A stretch of DNA of 64,000 nucleotides from Callorhinchus milii (taxonomy: Eukaryota), in assembly GCF_018977255.1 (NCBI RefSeq), contig NW_024704743.1, positions 20,398,001 through 20,462,000 on the forward strand, in the 5' to 3' direction. Positions 1 to 12,585 of the stretch are shown here, piece by piece (within the stretch, counting starts at the first letter, position 1; each line of letters opens with the position of its first letter). Position numbers and translations under genes: made by a program. Below the pieces are notes generated by a model. That model was not told where the DNA came from, made no database searches, and saw only the letters and a list, made by a program, of their open reading frames with translations.

Positions 1-419
1 CTAAATACCTTCTTCATTTTGAAGCTTGTTTTTTTGTTATTTTAACCATGATAGGAAATTGGTTTCAAAGTTAAGACTAAATTCAACAACTTGCTGAATT
101 CTGCAAGCTCTGAAATGCTAGGATGATAGAGTAAATCTAGATCTAGGAGGAAGTCCCCCAAAGAATTGTTAGAACATTTCATATGGGCTCAAAGAGCTGA
201 AAGTAACAACTGTCAATACCTTCAGCTAGGACCTTCATAACACTTTAATCCGTTACTATTCTATGTATCTCCAACTCATGAAAATTGAAATTTGGTGATT
301 CTTTCAGCATCTCTCTAATCCTGTTGGATAGGATAAGAAAAGGCTGATAAATCACCTCCCCCATTCTTACCTCCAATATCCAACTTCCTTCTCTCCCAAT
401 TCACACACAAACTATACAG

Positions 420-512
420 TCAGTCAATTTACTTTGCAGTATATTCTATTAAGTGCTTTGAGGCATCTCAACAACGTGATAAGGTGCTATATTAAATGCA
501 AGATTATCATAA
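420..512 (+). mobile_element. SINE/L2-type 3' tail fragment
   Basis: cagtcaatttactttgcagtatattctattaagtgctttgaggcatctcaacaacgtgataaggtgctatattaaatgcaagattat; the same tail recurs at ~24830-25020 (-), 35460-35625, 46975-47083, 50120-50230, 51330-51440, 58430-58605 and 58825-58900 (-). Confidence 0.7.
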
Positions 513-1264
513 TTGCAAGCTGTTCTTTTGTCTATTTTCCAATCAAAATTATGGTCATTGCTCCTCTGAACCTTTTTTTCCCCAAGTTCCAAATAGATCA
601 TCTACATGTTTTTCCTCTCCCTATCTTTATTGGGTTGAAACCAAGACTAAATCATTCTTTTCCAACAACTTATTCCTCTCTTTCTCCTACAATTCGTTGA
701 GCTCTTAAAATTCACCTTAAGTGCAATTAACCATGACTGACTTTCATTGCCCTCTCTGTTCAATGTTGGTTTCATCCACTAAGGAGGCCTTCACCCAGGT
801 TTCTCAACTATAAAAAATAATTAAAGAAATTATAACAACAATATTTCACAACAAAATTTCATACATTTGTGGGGAAATTAATTCTAACCTGGCATATATG
901 TAGCTGGATTATTAGCCCTTTCCATGAATTCCCACAATACATTGAAAGAACCTGAAAAACTCTTTAGAAACTAAAAACGTTTCCTCTTTTACCTTGAGAT
1001 AGGTTAGCGTTTAACTGTTGAAGATTATAATGATTTGTACTACTGACATTCTATCACTACGTGGAAACTAATACTGTATAAGATTCCAAACAATCATCAG
1101 TATTGTAGTGTTAGGAGTGTAGTGGGTTTATCAATGCAGGTGTGTGGAAGGGTTACTAAGCAGATCACAGGGATAGATTATTTGGGAGGCTTTGTAGGGC
1201 TAATAGTCCAGTTACATGAAATGCTTATTCATCTGAAGATAAAGCAAAGTACATCATTATTTTT

Positions 1265-1375
1265 CTCTCCAATTTTCATCCCTACTCTCCTGTAAACCAC
1301 ACGCTGGAGTACAGTTTTATGAGTGCTGGTTTCCCTCCAGTATCGTGCCCAAGTGGTGCTTCTGCATTTGTCAGC
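1265..1375 (-). mobile_element. LF-SINE-like element, 3' fragment
   Basis: ccctccagtatcgtgcccaagtgg and ctctccaattttc resemble the reverse complement of the LF-SINE 3' end as recalled; homologous to 4130-4210 in this window. Confidence 0.5.
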
Positions 1376-1695
1376 CTGGCTCAGTTAGTAGCATTCTCAC
1401 CTTTAAGTTAGAACATTGTGGGTTCAAGCTGTAGGTTGTAACTTTGTACTCACTGTCTAGACTGACATTCCAGTTTGGGGAAGCCATCCTTTGGATGAGA
1501 TGTTAATCCGAGATCCCATTTGCCTGTTGAGGTTGATGTTAATTAAAGATCCCATGGCACTGTTCAAAAACAGAAGGGAGTTTCTTGGCCTACAATCCCC
1601 AGATAAAATTGACATTCACTTCATGGCTGTTTGTGGGACATTGCTGCGTGCCCATCTGCTGCCAGGTTTGCCTACATCACTATTACCAGTGAATC
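1375..1695 (+). mobile_element. tRNA-derived Deu-domain SINE (DeuSINE/SacSINE1-like)
   Basis: Pol III A-box-like tggctcagttagtagca and B-box-like ggttcaagc head, followed by Deu-domain-like ggatgagatgttaa...aaagatcccatggcactgttcaaa...gctgtttgtgggacattgctg; reverse-orientation homolog at 55255-55612. Confidence 0.75.
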
Positions 1696-3764
1696 CTTTT
1701 ATTTATATTTTTAAAAATCTGCTAGATGTTTTAAACAAGTTCGTTTACACACCCAAGTGCTCAATTGTAAAATATGTTGTATAGTTATTTTTCTAACTGT
1801 ACAAAATGTAATATTAATAAACACAAATGTAATGCATTTATTAACTGCATTTAATTAGCTGTCCTGTGTGAAGGACAGTATATTAATGTAAGTTGTTGTT
1901 GCAATTGTTAAGCTTTGTAACAAATAATTCACGTAAAAAGAATAACAGCTATACAAAAGAAGTAGCAAATAAGCAAACAGCAGCTACCACAATACTATAT
2001 TCAAAGGTAAGATCTCCAACATATTCAGTAAGAACTGAGATCAGTCAGAAGCAGACCATAGAAGCAATAAAAAAAACAGGAAGAATGTCATTTACTTATA
2101 ACCAGTAATGAATAATTTGTCTATTGAACCTGCTCTGCTGTTTTGTTACTTCATGCACCTTTATATTTTTGACCCCATTTCCTCTCTCTTTCTTCATAAT
2201 CTTTCACATTCTTATTTTCAAAGTATGCATTTCATCTTAGACATCATAATATATCGCAATCACCCCACAAGCCAAATCAATTAACTGCCTTTTCAGACCA
2301 TGATTGGAATAGTGGCAAAAGAGACACCACACCTGATAACAATGAAATACTTTAGAGATGACCAGAGGTTCATTCATTTGTGGCAATAATTCTACGGTCA
2401 CTCTGTAAGTCATTTTCACTTTTTTTAAAAACTTTTCTGGGTTTTTTTATTGGTCTTCCCATATCGCACACCATCTGCAAGCAAGATGGTGGGCAGGCAA
2501 CTTGTTCCAAAGTGTCTGCCAAGGGCACTTCAAACAGTTTCTGGAAAGTGTGTGAGAGCAGATCAGGTGACTGCCTTTTATTTTATTCTTCCTCTTTTGA
2601 GGCCACCATTCAATGCCTCCTGTGGAGTTGCCTTCTAGGGCTCACTGTACATTATAAAATATGTACTGTAGCACTTGTCAGTAAAGGAGCTTTTGGAACA
2701 CGTAAGTCCTTCAGAGACTTTTGTATTCTGTACAATACTTACTTTCTTTAAATAGTTGACAGGTCGGGACTTTTTTTAATAGTCCTGTTTACATGTGATA
2801 ATGTCTGTTATAATTTAATTGTTTGTTCTTTTCATTTTTTTTGAGGGTGGTGGTGGTGGGAATTCTTGTATCCATCGAGATATGTATGATAGAAAATGCC
2901 AATTTTTTTTCACTTTAAACATAGCCATTCAAAGTTCACTTGTAGATTTATGCTTCGATTATCCTACATGCCTGGGCATCCGACATCCTACATCTGTGTA
3001 GCATGATATTTGGCACTTAAACAAGTAGTTTGTAATCACTCTGTGAGTAACCGCAACATAAATACATTTTAGTTCGCACCAAAAGAGAACTCTTTTCATG
3101 CTTTATAGATTTCATTATTTGTTAGATTTTCTTCTTTTGAGTAATGTGAAAAACACAGCAGAAGTACGTCTGCCTGCTCACTCTGCTGTTTCTAATGCAC
3201 CAAACAATAGATTGATCAATGCAGTATAACAAGAATCTAATTTCCAACTTTGTCTCGACAATTGCTTAATTCTCCGAAAAACTTACCTACAATGTCATTT
3301 TGTTTGTTTCCCACATCCACTTCTTTATATTGATATTGTTAATTTATAATGAATTATTGGCTGTTTGGGTTTTTTGTATAAAACACTTACAGTCAGCAAA
3401 GAGATTTTCATTTCAGCAAACTGGATTTGAATTGTGTACTAAAGATTAAAGATCTAAAATTAAACCACTATACCAAACAGATTTTAAATATATTATTTGT
3501 AACTACTATGCTGCATCAATTTACAATTTTTTGAATAATTTTCATGATTAAACTTTTTTGTCAAGCCTGGGTGGTAAGTTAGGACGAATACTGCATTTTC
3601 CCTCCTGGTACAGCGTTTGAATTCAACTGAAGTCACTGAAATTAAACTTTCCTTCCTATGGAGATGATAAGCATTGTAGATTACTACTGGCCACAATCCT
3701 TTCCTGCCCATTAGTTGACACCACTGGACAATATCACTGAGCTAGCAGATGTGGAAAGTTATTG

Positions 3765-4120
3765 AGAAATTATGGGAATAGGAGTTTTTAAATTAATGAG
3801 AGGGTTTGATAGAGTAGATGGGGTGAAACTATTTCCACTGGTTGGTGAGTCAGTAACCAGAAGGCATCAATTGAAAATAATTTTCAAAGGAGCAAAATTA
3901 GGGATGATTTTCTTTATGCAGAGTTATTTGGGTGTGGATTGTCCTGCTGTATTGTGGATGAGGCAGGATCCATATTAGCCTTCAAGAGAGTACTTGATAG
4001 AGATTAAAAAAGAAAACTTTAGGGATATGGGGAAATGGCTGGTTAATGGGATTAATGGATTTGTCTTTCAAAGAACCAGCACAGGCTCGATGGGCCAAAA
4101 TCTTCTGTGCTGTAAATTTC
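3765..4120 (+). mobile_element. CR1-clade LINE 3' fragment
   Basis: Translation VFKLMRGFDRVDGVKLFPLVGESVTRRHQLK matches the CR1 ORF2 C-terminus and the CR1 copies at 52-53 kb; 3'UTR-like acaggctcgatgggcc. Confidence 0.8.
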
Positions 4121-4129
4121 CTCTCACTC

Positions 4130-4500
4130 AGCCAATGATGTATACTGGGATCCAGTTGTACATGGCAGCCCATTATCTTGTCTAAGTGGGTAATCATTAT
4201 GTGTGAGCCTTGACATTGAGTATCGGGAACCCTTTTGACCTAGGAACTATTGCAGCAGAATCCAATCCTGTATTCACCACATAGCCACACATACGTAATT
4301 TTCAACAGGGAGGAGAACACAGGTTATTCATGGGCGAGATCATCACTGAATATTTTTTCCCCCTTGCCCAAGGACAGTGAGGCCATTTGTGTGAGGCCAT
4401 TTGTAGCACCCTTACTGCAGCACTGGCTGAAATAAGCTAAATCAGCACAGGAAGCTTCCTGGCCTTAAAGCTCAGAATTGTAGGATGTGGTCCATTTAAC
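4130..4500 (-). mobile_element. LF-SINE-like element
   Basis: gaggccatttgtagcacccttactgc...ggctgaaataagctaaatcagcacag and atgtgtgagcc resemble the reverse complement of the LF-SINE consensus as recalled. Confidence 0.6.
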
Positions 4501-4544
4501 AAGTAAAACATTTTGTAAATCAATGTTTTTACTGCATCACTTGT

Positions 4545-4722
4545 TACCGGATAGCAATCAGGGGGCAGGAAACATGTTGATTTTCACCTTCCCACTCCAA
4601 GGGTGTTAAACCAATTTCAGCACTGGAAGGCCTGATTGAGATCAGCTAATTGGGTACAGATTGGGAATTAAACTTGTGGATTTGGCATAGTGCTACCCAA
4701 GTGGTGCCTTTACCTACAGAGC
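4545..4722 (-). mobile_element. Second LF-SINE-like copy (5' half)
   Basis: ggatagcaatcagggggcaggaa...gagatcagctaa...tttacctacagagc; homologous to 4320-4500. Confidence 0.5.
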
Positions 4723-6422
4723 AATTCAATTCAGAAGTCCCACAAATGAACATTTTACTCTTTTTTTTACTTCTCTTTTACACTGCTCTCAGCTGTGCGT
4801 TAAGGCGGGCAACCTATTCCTAGGCATGTGCCAAATCTGCCCTGAGAGTAGCCACTGAGAACTGCAGCAAAGCAGCCTGAATAGTGTTTCCTGTGAAGTT
4901 TTGTTCGTTTACTGTCAGTAACTATCCAAGGTGTTTGGTGTCTCCTAAGATAGTACAGCTGAGATGAGGAGCAACAACTGAGAAAGTCATACTCACGCTC
5001 TCTCCTATTACTTCATGGCATGTTGTATTAATGACTTCTTTGTATGGTGAAGATCAAACATTCCTGGGTCTGCTCCATATTATAACATTCTGTTTAACAC
5101 CTCTTATTGTGCTGATATCATTCTTCCATTCTATACTTTCTGGCCTTTTGTCTAAAAGTGTGAATATTTTTATTGCTTCAAAATTGTGTTTGCTACAGAC
5201 TACTTTTAGACTTGGAAGAAAATCCCAAAGAATAGGTCTATTAAATTCTACAGTTATATTGTTGCTCCCAACCTCATGACTGACACCATTTCTGAAACAG
5301 ATTGTGGATTTAAACTGCCAACTTAAAGGTAACAGAATACAATACAAACTTAAATTTGTTTAGTGCCTTTCAAGAATAAACAGAATTCACAATCAGCTAC
5401 TGAAACACACACATGTATGTCTGCTGATTGGCTTCTATTTGCTAATGGAATAACTGAAGTTGGAAAAATACTGGCTGGATAGTTAATAATTTGCAACACG
5501 AGTGACGTGGGGGCATTTGAGCAAACTGAGTGAATTATCTTTAAATGTTAATGTTATAGCTCAAGTATTGTGAGATAGTCGTCACCAGATAGTTTCAGTC
5601 AGGCCAAACAGAAAAACATGGAATCGATGTGAGTTCAATTTGGTTACAGTGCAATTATATGGTGCACTTATGTTCTGTGTGATGCTAAACCCCACAGACT
5701 TTGCACCAATGCAAGACCCAGTGTACTGCACTTCCCCCAGTTCCCCCAATCTTATTATGAGATTTACTCGCTTGATTAACTGGGCTTTTGCACATTGCCA
5801 ACATTATCTAACCAATTGCAGCAAAGTAGACACGTCAGATGAATCTGTTGCGAGAAAAATAAATATTTACAATTCTGTTTATGATTGTGGCTCTTGTTGT
5901 TCGTTTCGGTAAGATAGCTGCCAAGTTGGACAATAGTCACCTTCTGTATAAAATCATGCACAGCTGCTGCCAGGAGCATTTTGTCCAAAATAAAGTTTCA
6001 TTCAGAGGTGCCTCACTATCAGCACCACTGATGAGGTTCAGATTGATCCTCTCCACACAAGTGTCCGCACTCATTACACGACACAGTCGAATCTGACCAC
6101 AGATGTATTATTAATTGCTTCAATCAGGCAATAAAATTGTCAGTCTTCTTTTAACGTCTTTTAACGTATTCTTCTTTATTCTTTTCTTTTTTTAAAAAAA
6201 AGAGGGGTGGGAAACCCGGATTCCGATTGTGAGGCATTGCCAACATTTTAAGTGGTCTTTTGTTTTCCCCCTTCCACCAAAAAAAACAAGGTGTGAGGAG
6301 GAGGAGGAGGAGGAGTAGTGCCCCCAAACAAAAAAAAGCCACAATTTTTTTTAATTTTTTTAAAAAAATGTATTGATTTAATTTTTTGGGGGCAAAAAGG
6401 AAAACATCGAAACAACTCGTGC

Positions 6423-6997
6423 NNNNNNNNNNNNNNNNNNNNNNNNNNNNNNNNNNNNNNNNNNNNNNNNNNNNNNNNNNNNNNNNNNNNNNNNNNNNNN
6501 NNNNNNNNNNNNNNNNNNNNNNNNNNNNNNNNNNNNNNNNNNNNNNNNNNNNNNNNNNNNNNNNNNNNNNNNNNNNNNNNNNNNNNNNNNNNNNNNNNNN
6601 NNNNNNNNNNNNNNNNNNNNNNNNNNNNNNNNNNNNNNNNNNNNNNNNNNNNNNNNNNNNNNNNNNNNNNNNNNNNNNNNNNNNNNNNNNNNNNNNNNNN
6701 NNNNNNNNNNNNNNNNNNNNNNNNNNNNNNNNNNNNNNNNNNNNNNNNNNNNNNNNNNNNNNNNNNNNNNNNNNNNNNNNNNNNNNNNNNNNNNNNNNNN
6801 NNNNNNNNNNNNNNNNNNNNNNNNNNNNNNNNNNNNNNNNNNNNNNNNNNNNNNNNNNNNNNNNNNNNNNNNNNNNNNNNNNNNNNNNNNNNNNNNNNNN
6901 NNNNNNNNNNNNNNNNNNNNNNNNNNNNNNNNNNNNNNNNNNNNNNNNNNNNNNNNNNNNNNNNNNNNNNNNNNNNNNNNNNNNNNNNNNNNNNNNN
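6423..6997. other. Assembly gap (N run)
   Basis: Run of N immediately upstream of the COMMD3 promoter/CpG island. Confidence 0.99.
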
Positions 6998-7170
6998 TGC
7001 AATGCTGGTGCTGGTGAGCAGGTTCCCCTCTCCCTCCCTCCCTCTCCTCTCCACTCCACTCGCTCAGAGCAGAGCAGAGGCTCTCAGTTCATTGCTAACA
7101 CTGTCACATCCGCGCGGATCAGCTGAGCCGCGCGTCACGTGCCTCGGTGTCGAAGGTCAGTGCGGTTACA
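6998..7170 (+). promoter_or_regulatory. COMMD3: COMMD3 promoter/5'UTR at the start of a CpG island, with E-box GTCACGTG (CACGTG 7136-7141)
   Basis: GC/CpG-rich sequence directly upstream of the ATG at 7171; island continues to ~7850. Confidence 0.7.
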
Positions 7171-7309
7171 ATGGAGCTGCCGGAGTCTGCCCTCGCGGGG
7201 CTGCAGTCCCTGGCACATCCCGCCCGCCTTCCCCACAAAACCTTCCAGCTGCTGCTGGAGGCCGCCTTCCACAACCTGCTCCACCCGCAGGCGGATGGCA
7301 CGGCGTTAG
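7171..7309 (+). CDS. COMMD3: COMMD3 exon 1 (139 nt)
   Basis: acaATGG start; MELPESALAGLQSLAHPARLPHKTFQLLLEAAFHNLLHPQADGTAL; donor ttag|gtgagc. Confidence 0.95.
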
Positions 7310-10300
7310 GTGAGCGAGCGAGCGGGCGGGCGGGCGGTGTGCGTGTGAGCGCGCGCGCGCGGTGCGGGTGTTGTGTTTTTATTATTAAGAGAGTGAGTGA
7401 GAGAGAGAGAGAGAGAGAGAGAGCAGTTTTGCAGCAGCAGGAGGAGGAGGAGGAGGGAAGGAGGAAGGCGGGGGGCTTGTTCGGTTTCAGTGCAGGAAGG
7501 ACTCAGGCGGGCAGGGAAGGCAATGCAATGCATTGCAATGCAATGCTCCCTATTGCAGAAGCCTCCCTCCCTCCCTCCCTCCCTGGGCTCTCAGCGTTTC
7601 TGCGCTGAAACCTCAGACCCGGAGCTCGTCCGCTCTGGGTGCAGTTTTAATTCGCAGCGGGGACTGCGCTGCTTTGCAAACCCCCGCGGCTGCTTTGCGA
7701 AATGGCTGCCCCTTCCCGGCTCGGTTCTCTCGTCCCTCGCTCTCCGCGGTGCTGCGGGATTCACATCCGAGTCCGGATCATTGTTGTGGTCCCGACTGTC
7801 TCGGGGCCTAATGTTGTCAGCGTGGCCGAGGGAACATGCATTCTGCTTTCCCTCATTTGCTTAGCAAACGTGTAAAAGGTCCCANNNNNNNNNNNNNNNN
7901 NNNNNNNNNNNNNNNNNNNNNNNNNNNNNNNNNNNNNNNNNNNNNNNNNNNNNNNNNNNNNNNNNNNNNNNNNNNNNNNNNNNNNNNNNNNNNNNNNNNN
8001 NNNNNNNNNNNNNNNNNNNNNNNNNNNAATGAGTCAGGGGTGGTTTCAGAATAAAATCCGCTGGCGGTGCTTCACCAGACAACCGTTCAAAACAATCGAG
8101 CAAATCGCAAAGCAGAAGTACAATAAAAAGTAAAATAATTCCGCCAGCGTCTGCTGTGTTCGGCAGTTTTGCATTTATTTTTTTTATTAATAAAATACAA
8201 TAAAATAAAATAAGCAATCGCTGTGAAACGCTGCACTGTGTACATCGCGCGGACGCTGCCCGGCCAACAAAAGGGCTCGGAAATGTAACGTGTATTTTGC
8301 TGTTTCTTGTTGTGTGTGTATGTGTAACCCCCTCATGGTTGCTATGCAGATCATGCAGAGCTGGGATCCCTGGACCCGACTTTACTGAAACAATCCTATG
8401 CAGCCATCACAACCTGTATATTGGAAGCAGGGAAACAAAACGCCGACAAATCAACACTAAGGTTACATGGCTACTTCTGAATGTTATTATGCCTTCACTT
8501 TTTTTTTGCTGCGGTGGCGTGTTCGGCGAGCAGAGGCGTTTTCCTGTAACTGTTGTCCATTTCATTTCAGCACATTGCTTGAAGAGTGTAGATTCGGATC
8601 GGAGAGAATAGACACGTTTTGCACAGAATATCAGGTTTGGGAGTCTGCTGCCACTGTTGTGATATCAGACCGTAACTTGTGTAAAAATACGAGACTTGTT
8701 CCCGTCACCAAAAGCCGCCAAACAATGCAATTACTCAGAGGATACTAACTGTTTATTCTTGCTCCAATGTCGCATACATACATACATACATACCAGCGAA
8801 CATTAAGTTGTTTTAACGTAGCGCTAAATCAATTGATGTGGATTTATTATTGTTCCAACATCATATGCATAGCAGCGTACATCAAGTTGTTTGAACGTAC
8901 ATCTAATCAAATAATACGGATTGTTTATTATCGTACCAACATCATATACATGACAGTCTACGTTAAGTTGTTTTAAAAGAATGGGACAGTGTAATTGTGA
9001 TTTTGCGGCTTTCTATAGACCCGCGCAAATGTTCAGCGCATAAAAATCGCTCCCTGTAAACTCTATCTGGTTCACCCCATTCCCTGCCTTTTCTCCATAT
9101 TCTTTGATAGTTTTCATTTACTGTGGATAATTTATACCGTGGGTAACTTAATTCTTTTTTTAATGTCATCCAAATTATACTGTGACACGTCTTATCTAAT
9201 TTTTGCACACGTTTATTGAAAGTTGTCACTCGGCTGGAGCCAACTTTGTGTGAAAGGCGCCACACAAGTGTAATTGTGTTGTTATTTGTAAAGGGATCGT
9301 GCGGGTTAAGTCGCTGTATTTCCTTTTTTTTTCATATTTAGAAAAATAAAGGTAAAGTGGAAGCCTTGCTAGGAAGGTGAGTGGTTTATTTTTTCTAGCT
9401 AGTCGAATTTCATCCCGGTCCTGGTGTTTTGTGGTGTCTGCGTGTGCAGTTTAGGCCTGAGCAATAGCTGAATTGCCGTCAATCTAAGATGTCTTGGATC
9501 ACTCATTAGGATTATTGTAAAGTATCAATTTGCACTATGTTTTCAGCCTTTCAAATGAGGTTTTGCAATAGCGGCTTACTGCTAAAACAACACGCAGCTG
9601 GAATGTTTTTTTTTTAAAACTGCTGTTATAACGTTTGAAGAAAAAACTGCAATCCTTCTCAGGCGATCGGTTAATTGAGGAGACTGAATTCATTGAAACA
9701 GCGAATAATTGAGCAAGTTTTCAAACTTGCGTTGTAATCCCAAGTTGCTATATTTGGATTATGCATCCTATCGGAGAGCGATGTTTTATCGTTTTGTATT
9801 TTAAGTTATTCAATCGCAACGTTTCAATAAATGTGGAGAATCTGAATGCGATTGAGCTTTCAATCAAACTGAGCTCTCAATTGTTGTTTGGTGAGAGAAG
9901 TTGTGTTTTTTTTCCCCAAAACTTTCTCGGCCATTTGCGGAGGCTGTGCATGTGAGACTTTGGGGGAGATTAAACAGGAATGTCAGGGAAATCAATGCAA
10001 ATTCTGTGGATGTGACTCGCCGTTTGCTTACGTTTTCACAACCTTGTTTATTCATTCTCTGTTGTGTCGTTACAATCGGTGAACACTTCCATGTCTTCAA
10101 AATAAACGATTGTTCAAAATTTTAATGTGAGAGTTGAAGTATTTGAGTATCTCTAGAGTAAGGTCGCATGTGTTGGCCGAATTCAACAGATTTCACTTAT
10201 TGCTCTCCACCTACTTCTTTTCTGCTGTCTCTTTTCTCGTTGATGATTGAGATGCAGCTCTTTCATATTTTTTAAAAATGAATGGACGCTGTATGTCTCT

Positions 10301-12423
10301 GTCAGTTAATGCACAGGGCACTGTCTATGAACTTTATGATGCTCACAAGACGGAGGAAAATTCTTGCCCCACCTTCCCTGTAGGAACAACAATTCAAACC
10401 TCACACGCGATTTTCGTGCATTTTTTTCTTTTAAGACATTTTATTTCAAGAAGTTTTTTTTTCTTTAATCGGGAGAACAAATCTATTTTTGGACGAAATC
10501 GTGTGGGGCTACATATAATATTTGGATACAGTCTTATTGATTTCTGGGTAGAGGTATGACACATGGAAATGGGGAAATATTATAATGAAGAAATATTAGG
10601 AATTCGCAGCATTGATACAAAAAGTGTTAATGTACGACGATTGTTCTAAAATGGTCTTAACTTTGTTTGCTGTATGTGTTAAATATTTTGCAGCATAGGA
10701 CGCTATCCATCTCATATCACTGACGTTTCTTGGCGGTTGGAGTATCACATTAGGGTAAATAAAAACTAAAGAATTTTCCAACCATTACCTTGATGGCCTG
10801 AGACTGAACCCATTCTTGTATTGTATTCCAGAATAATCATCTTCATAAAGTCAATCAGCCATCGTATTTATTAACCTTGAAGGCAGAGGTAAGGGTTAAA
10901 CCAGCGAGTATTGGGTTTAATATTTGATTTGTGCATTCTATACGTGTTGAGATATTATTTTGACCTTTTGCAGAATGGTGAGGCCAGATCAGCTGAGGAT
11001 GTTACTTTTAGCTGCAGCATGGAACAGTTACAGGTACTGTGTCAAAACCTGTGCTTCATGTGGAGAAAATCATTTGCCGGTGTGTTTTGTATTATGTCAA
11101 ACTCAACAACGTGGAACCTGGTTTTCAAATACTCTCCATTCCTCAAATCCATGATTGGTGACTGGTAGATTTTGGGGGGAAATGTAAAGATTAATCAGCA
11201 CATTGCCATTTTTCTCCTGTGGTATGAAGTTTTCAAGCACGTTGAGGTTAATTATTATTTTTAAGGGTGACAACGCTATTTAAAATGTTCAAACAGTTCA
11301 ACATTTACAGAAGTGTGACTGAGAACCCGCCGTTCTGTGTACACAGAACTGAGAATCTCGATCTTGTTAATTCCTGTATTGCTTGACTGTAGGGTTTAGA
11401 ATACATTTTTGTAGGAAATCAAATTTACAGCCCTTTTGCACCCATCAGTTTAAAAGCAGACGGTTTTTCTATCTTGCGATCTCAACTTTCCCTGCAACTT
11501 TATCATAGTGCGCAATCTGTGTAATTGTTTCTTTACAATAATGATTACCGACTAATGCACTAACTACAGAACTGTTCCTGTCCAGTGAGTGATTGGACTG
11601 CACTGTGTTTTGTGAACGCTTTTTCGTTTGCTAACTATTGTACTAGTGAAGTTTTAATTTTTTCTTTCTTACAACTAACTTTTTTTTCTCACTGACTTTT
11701 CTCTTTTTGCAGAGTGTAATGTTGTATTGTTGCTTGACCTGTTTGAAAATTTTAATTTATTTCTAAACCGATTTCACGTTGCTCAGTTCCCTGAGAGCAG
11801 TCCTCTTGATTGTCAAAGTCTCTGGTCACTTTTTGTTTGTTGTAACCTCGTGGCGACTTGGAAACTGTCAAAATCCATCGTACGAAAAATGTATTTGAAC
11901 ATTGCAATTTCATAATTTGTTTCAAAGCATTTTGTTTTTCACGGTCGTTTTTTTTAAAAAAAGAAAATGGTTTAAATGGGAGTTTTTTTCATGTTTAAAA
12001 TAAAGTTTGGGCTGAGCGTTGCATTTTATAGCTCCAAACTAAAATAAATGATGTACCCCTGAACAAGAGCATTAAGTTACGTTGCATTAAACCGCATCTA
12101 GTGGATTTCAAAAAGAAATCCGGTTTGTGACTACAGGACATGGATGTTAAATTTTAATTGTTGAATTGATTTTCCTCTCTGTGTTAAGATGGCTTTCGAT
12201 ACTCTTACATTTTGATTTATTTGAAGAAAATCTATTAGGGTTCCCCCCTTTGACATTTTATGAATTCACTTTTTCACATGACATTTCTGTGCCAGTGCAT
12301 TAGATTATTCACTATTTTTTTATATGCTGTATTTACTTTTTTTAAAAAAAACTTGTTTTACAGGACCTTTTAGGGAAGTTAAAAGATGCGGCTAAAAGCA
12401 TGGAGAAGGCGAGTCAGATGTAA
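7171..12423 (+). CDS. COMMD3: COMM domain-containing protein 3, complete spliced CDS of 8 exons, 195 aa
   Basis: Exons 7171-7309, 8350-8461, 8571-8634, 9342-9376, 10694-10754, 10832-10888, 10974-11033, 12364-12423 all have GT-AG boundaries and sum to 588 nt. Protein MELPESALAGLQ...ILEAGKQNADKSTLS...HITDVSWRLEY...FSCSMEQLQDLLGKLKDAAKSMEKASQM has the COMM-domain WRL motif; located directly upstream of BMI1 as in other vertebrates. Confidence 0.97.
7885..8027. other. Assembly gap (N run) in COMMD3 intron 1
   Basis: Run of N. Confidence 0.99.
8350..8461 (+). CDS. COMMD3: COMMD3 exon 2 (112 nt)
   Basis: tgcag| ...HAELGSLDPTLLKQSYAAITTCILEAGKQNADKSTL... ag|gttaca. Confidence 0.93.
8571..8634 (+). 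CDS. COMMD3: COMMD3 exon 3 (64 nt)
   Basis: tttcag| TLLEECRFGSERIDTFCTEYQ |gtttgg. Confidence 0.93.
9342..9376 (+). CDS. COMMD3: COMMD3 exon 4 (35 nt)
   Basis: polypyrimidine tract + tttag| KNKGKVEALLG ag|gtgagt. Confidence 0.9.
10694..10754 (+). CDS. COMMD3: COMMD3 exon 5 (61 nt)
   Basis: ttgcag| IGRYPSHITDVSWRLEYHIR |gtaaat; start of the COMM domain. Confidence 0.95.
10832..10888 (+). CDS. COMMD3: COMMD3 exon 6 (57 nt)
   Basis: ttccag| NNHLHKVNQPSYLLTLKAE |gtaagg. Confidence 0.93.
10974..11033 (+). CDS. COMMD3: COMMD3 exon 7 (60 nt)
   Basis: ttgcag| NGEARSAEDVTFSCSMEQLQ |gtactg. Confidence 0.95.
12364..12423 (+). CDS. COMMD3: COMMD3 exon 8 coding part (60 nt including TAA)
   Basis: ttacag| DLLGKLKDAAKSMEKASQM*. 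Confidence 0.95.
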   Translation, partial: DLLGKLKDAAKSMEKASQM

Positions 12424-12585
12424 TGAATTGAGCTGTGGGGCAGCGGGGTTGAACTTGCAGCTCAGAGTGGCAGAACCCGACCCCATCCATATTCTATGCA
12501 GAGTTTCTGAACAATTAATTGTTTGTGTTTGCTCTTTTTCTGTAAACTTTGACCAGCATATAAAACGCCGCCTTACACTCGAGTT

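Noticed and set aside
1375-1435. tRNA gene
   Set aside because: The A/B-box-like head belongs to a SINE; no intact cloverleaf is evident
6151-7313. Long ORFs of 246-331 aa spanning 6151-7313
   Set aside because: They stay open only because they cross the N gap; 6200-6422 also looks like low-quality read-end sequence
7147-7608. 153-aa ORF as a single-exon gene
   Set aside because: Only 7171-7309 is COMMD3 exon 1; the remainder is intronic GC-rich and (GA)n sequence
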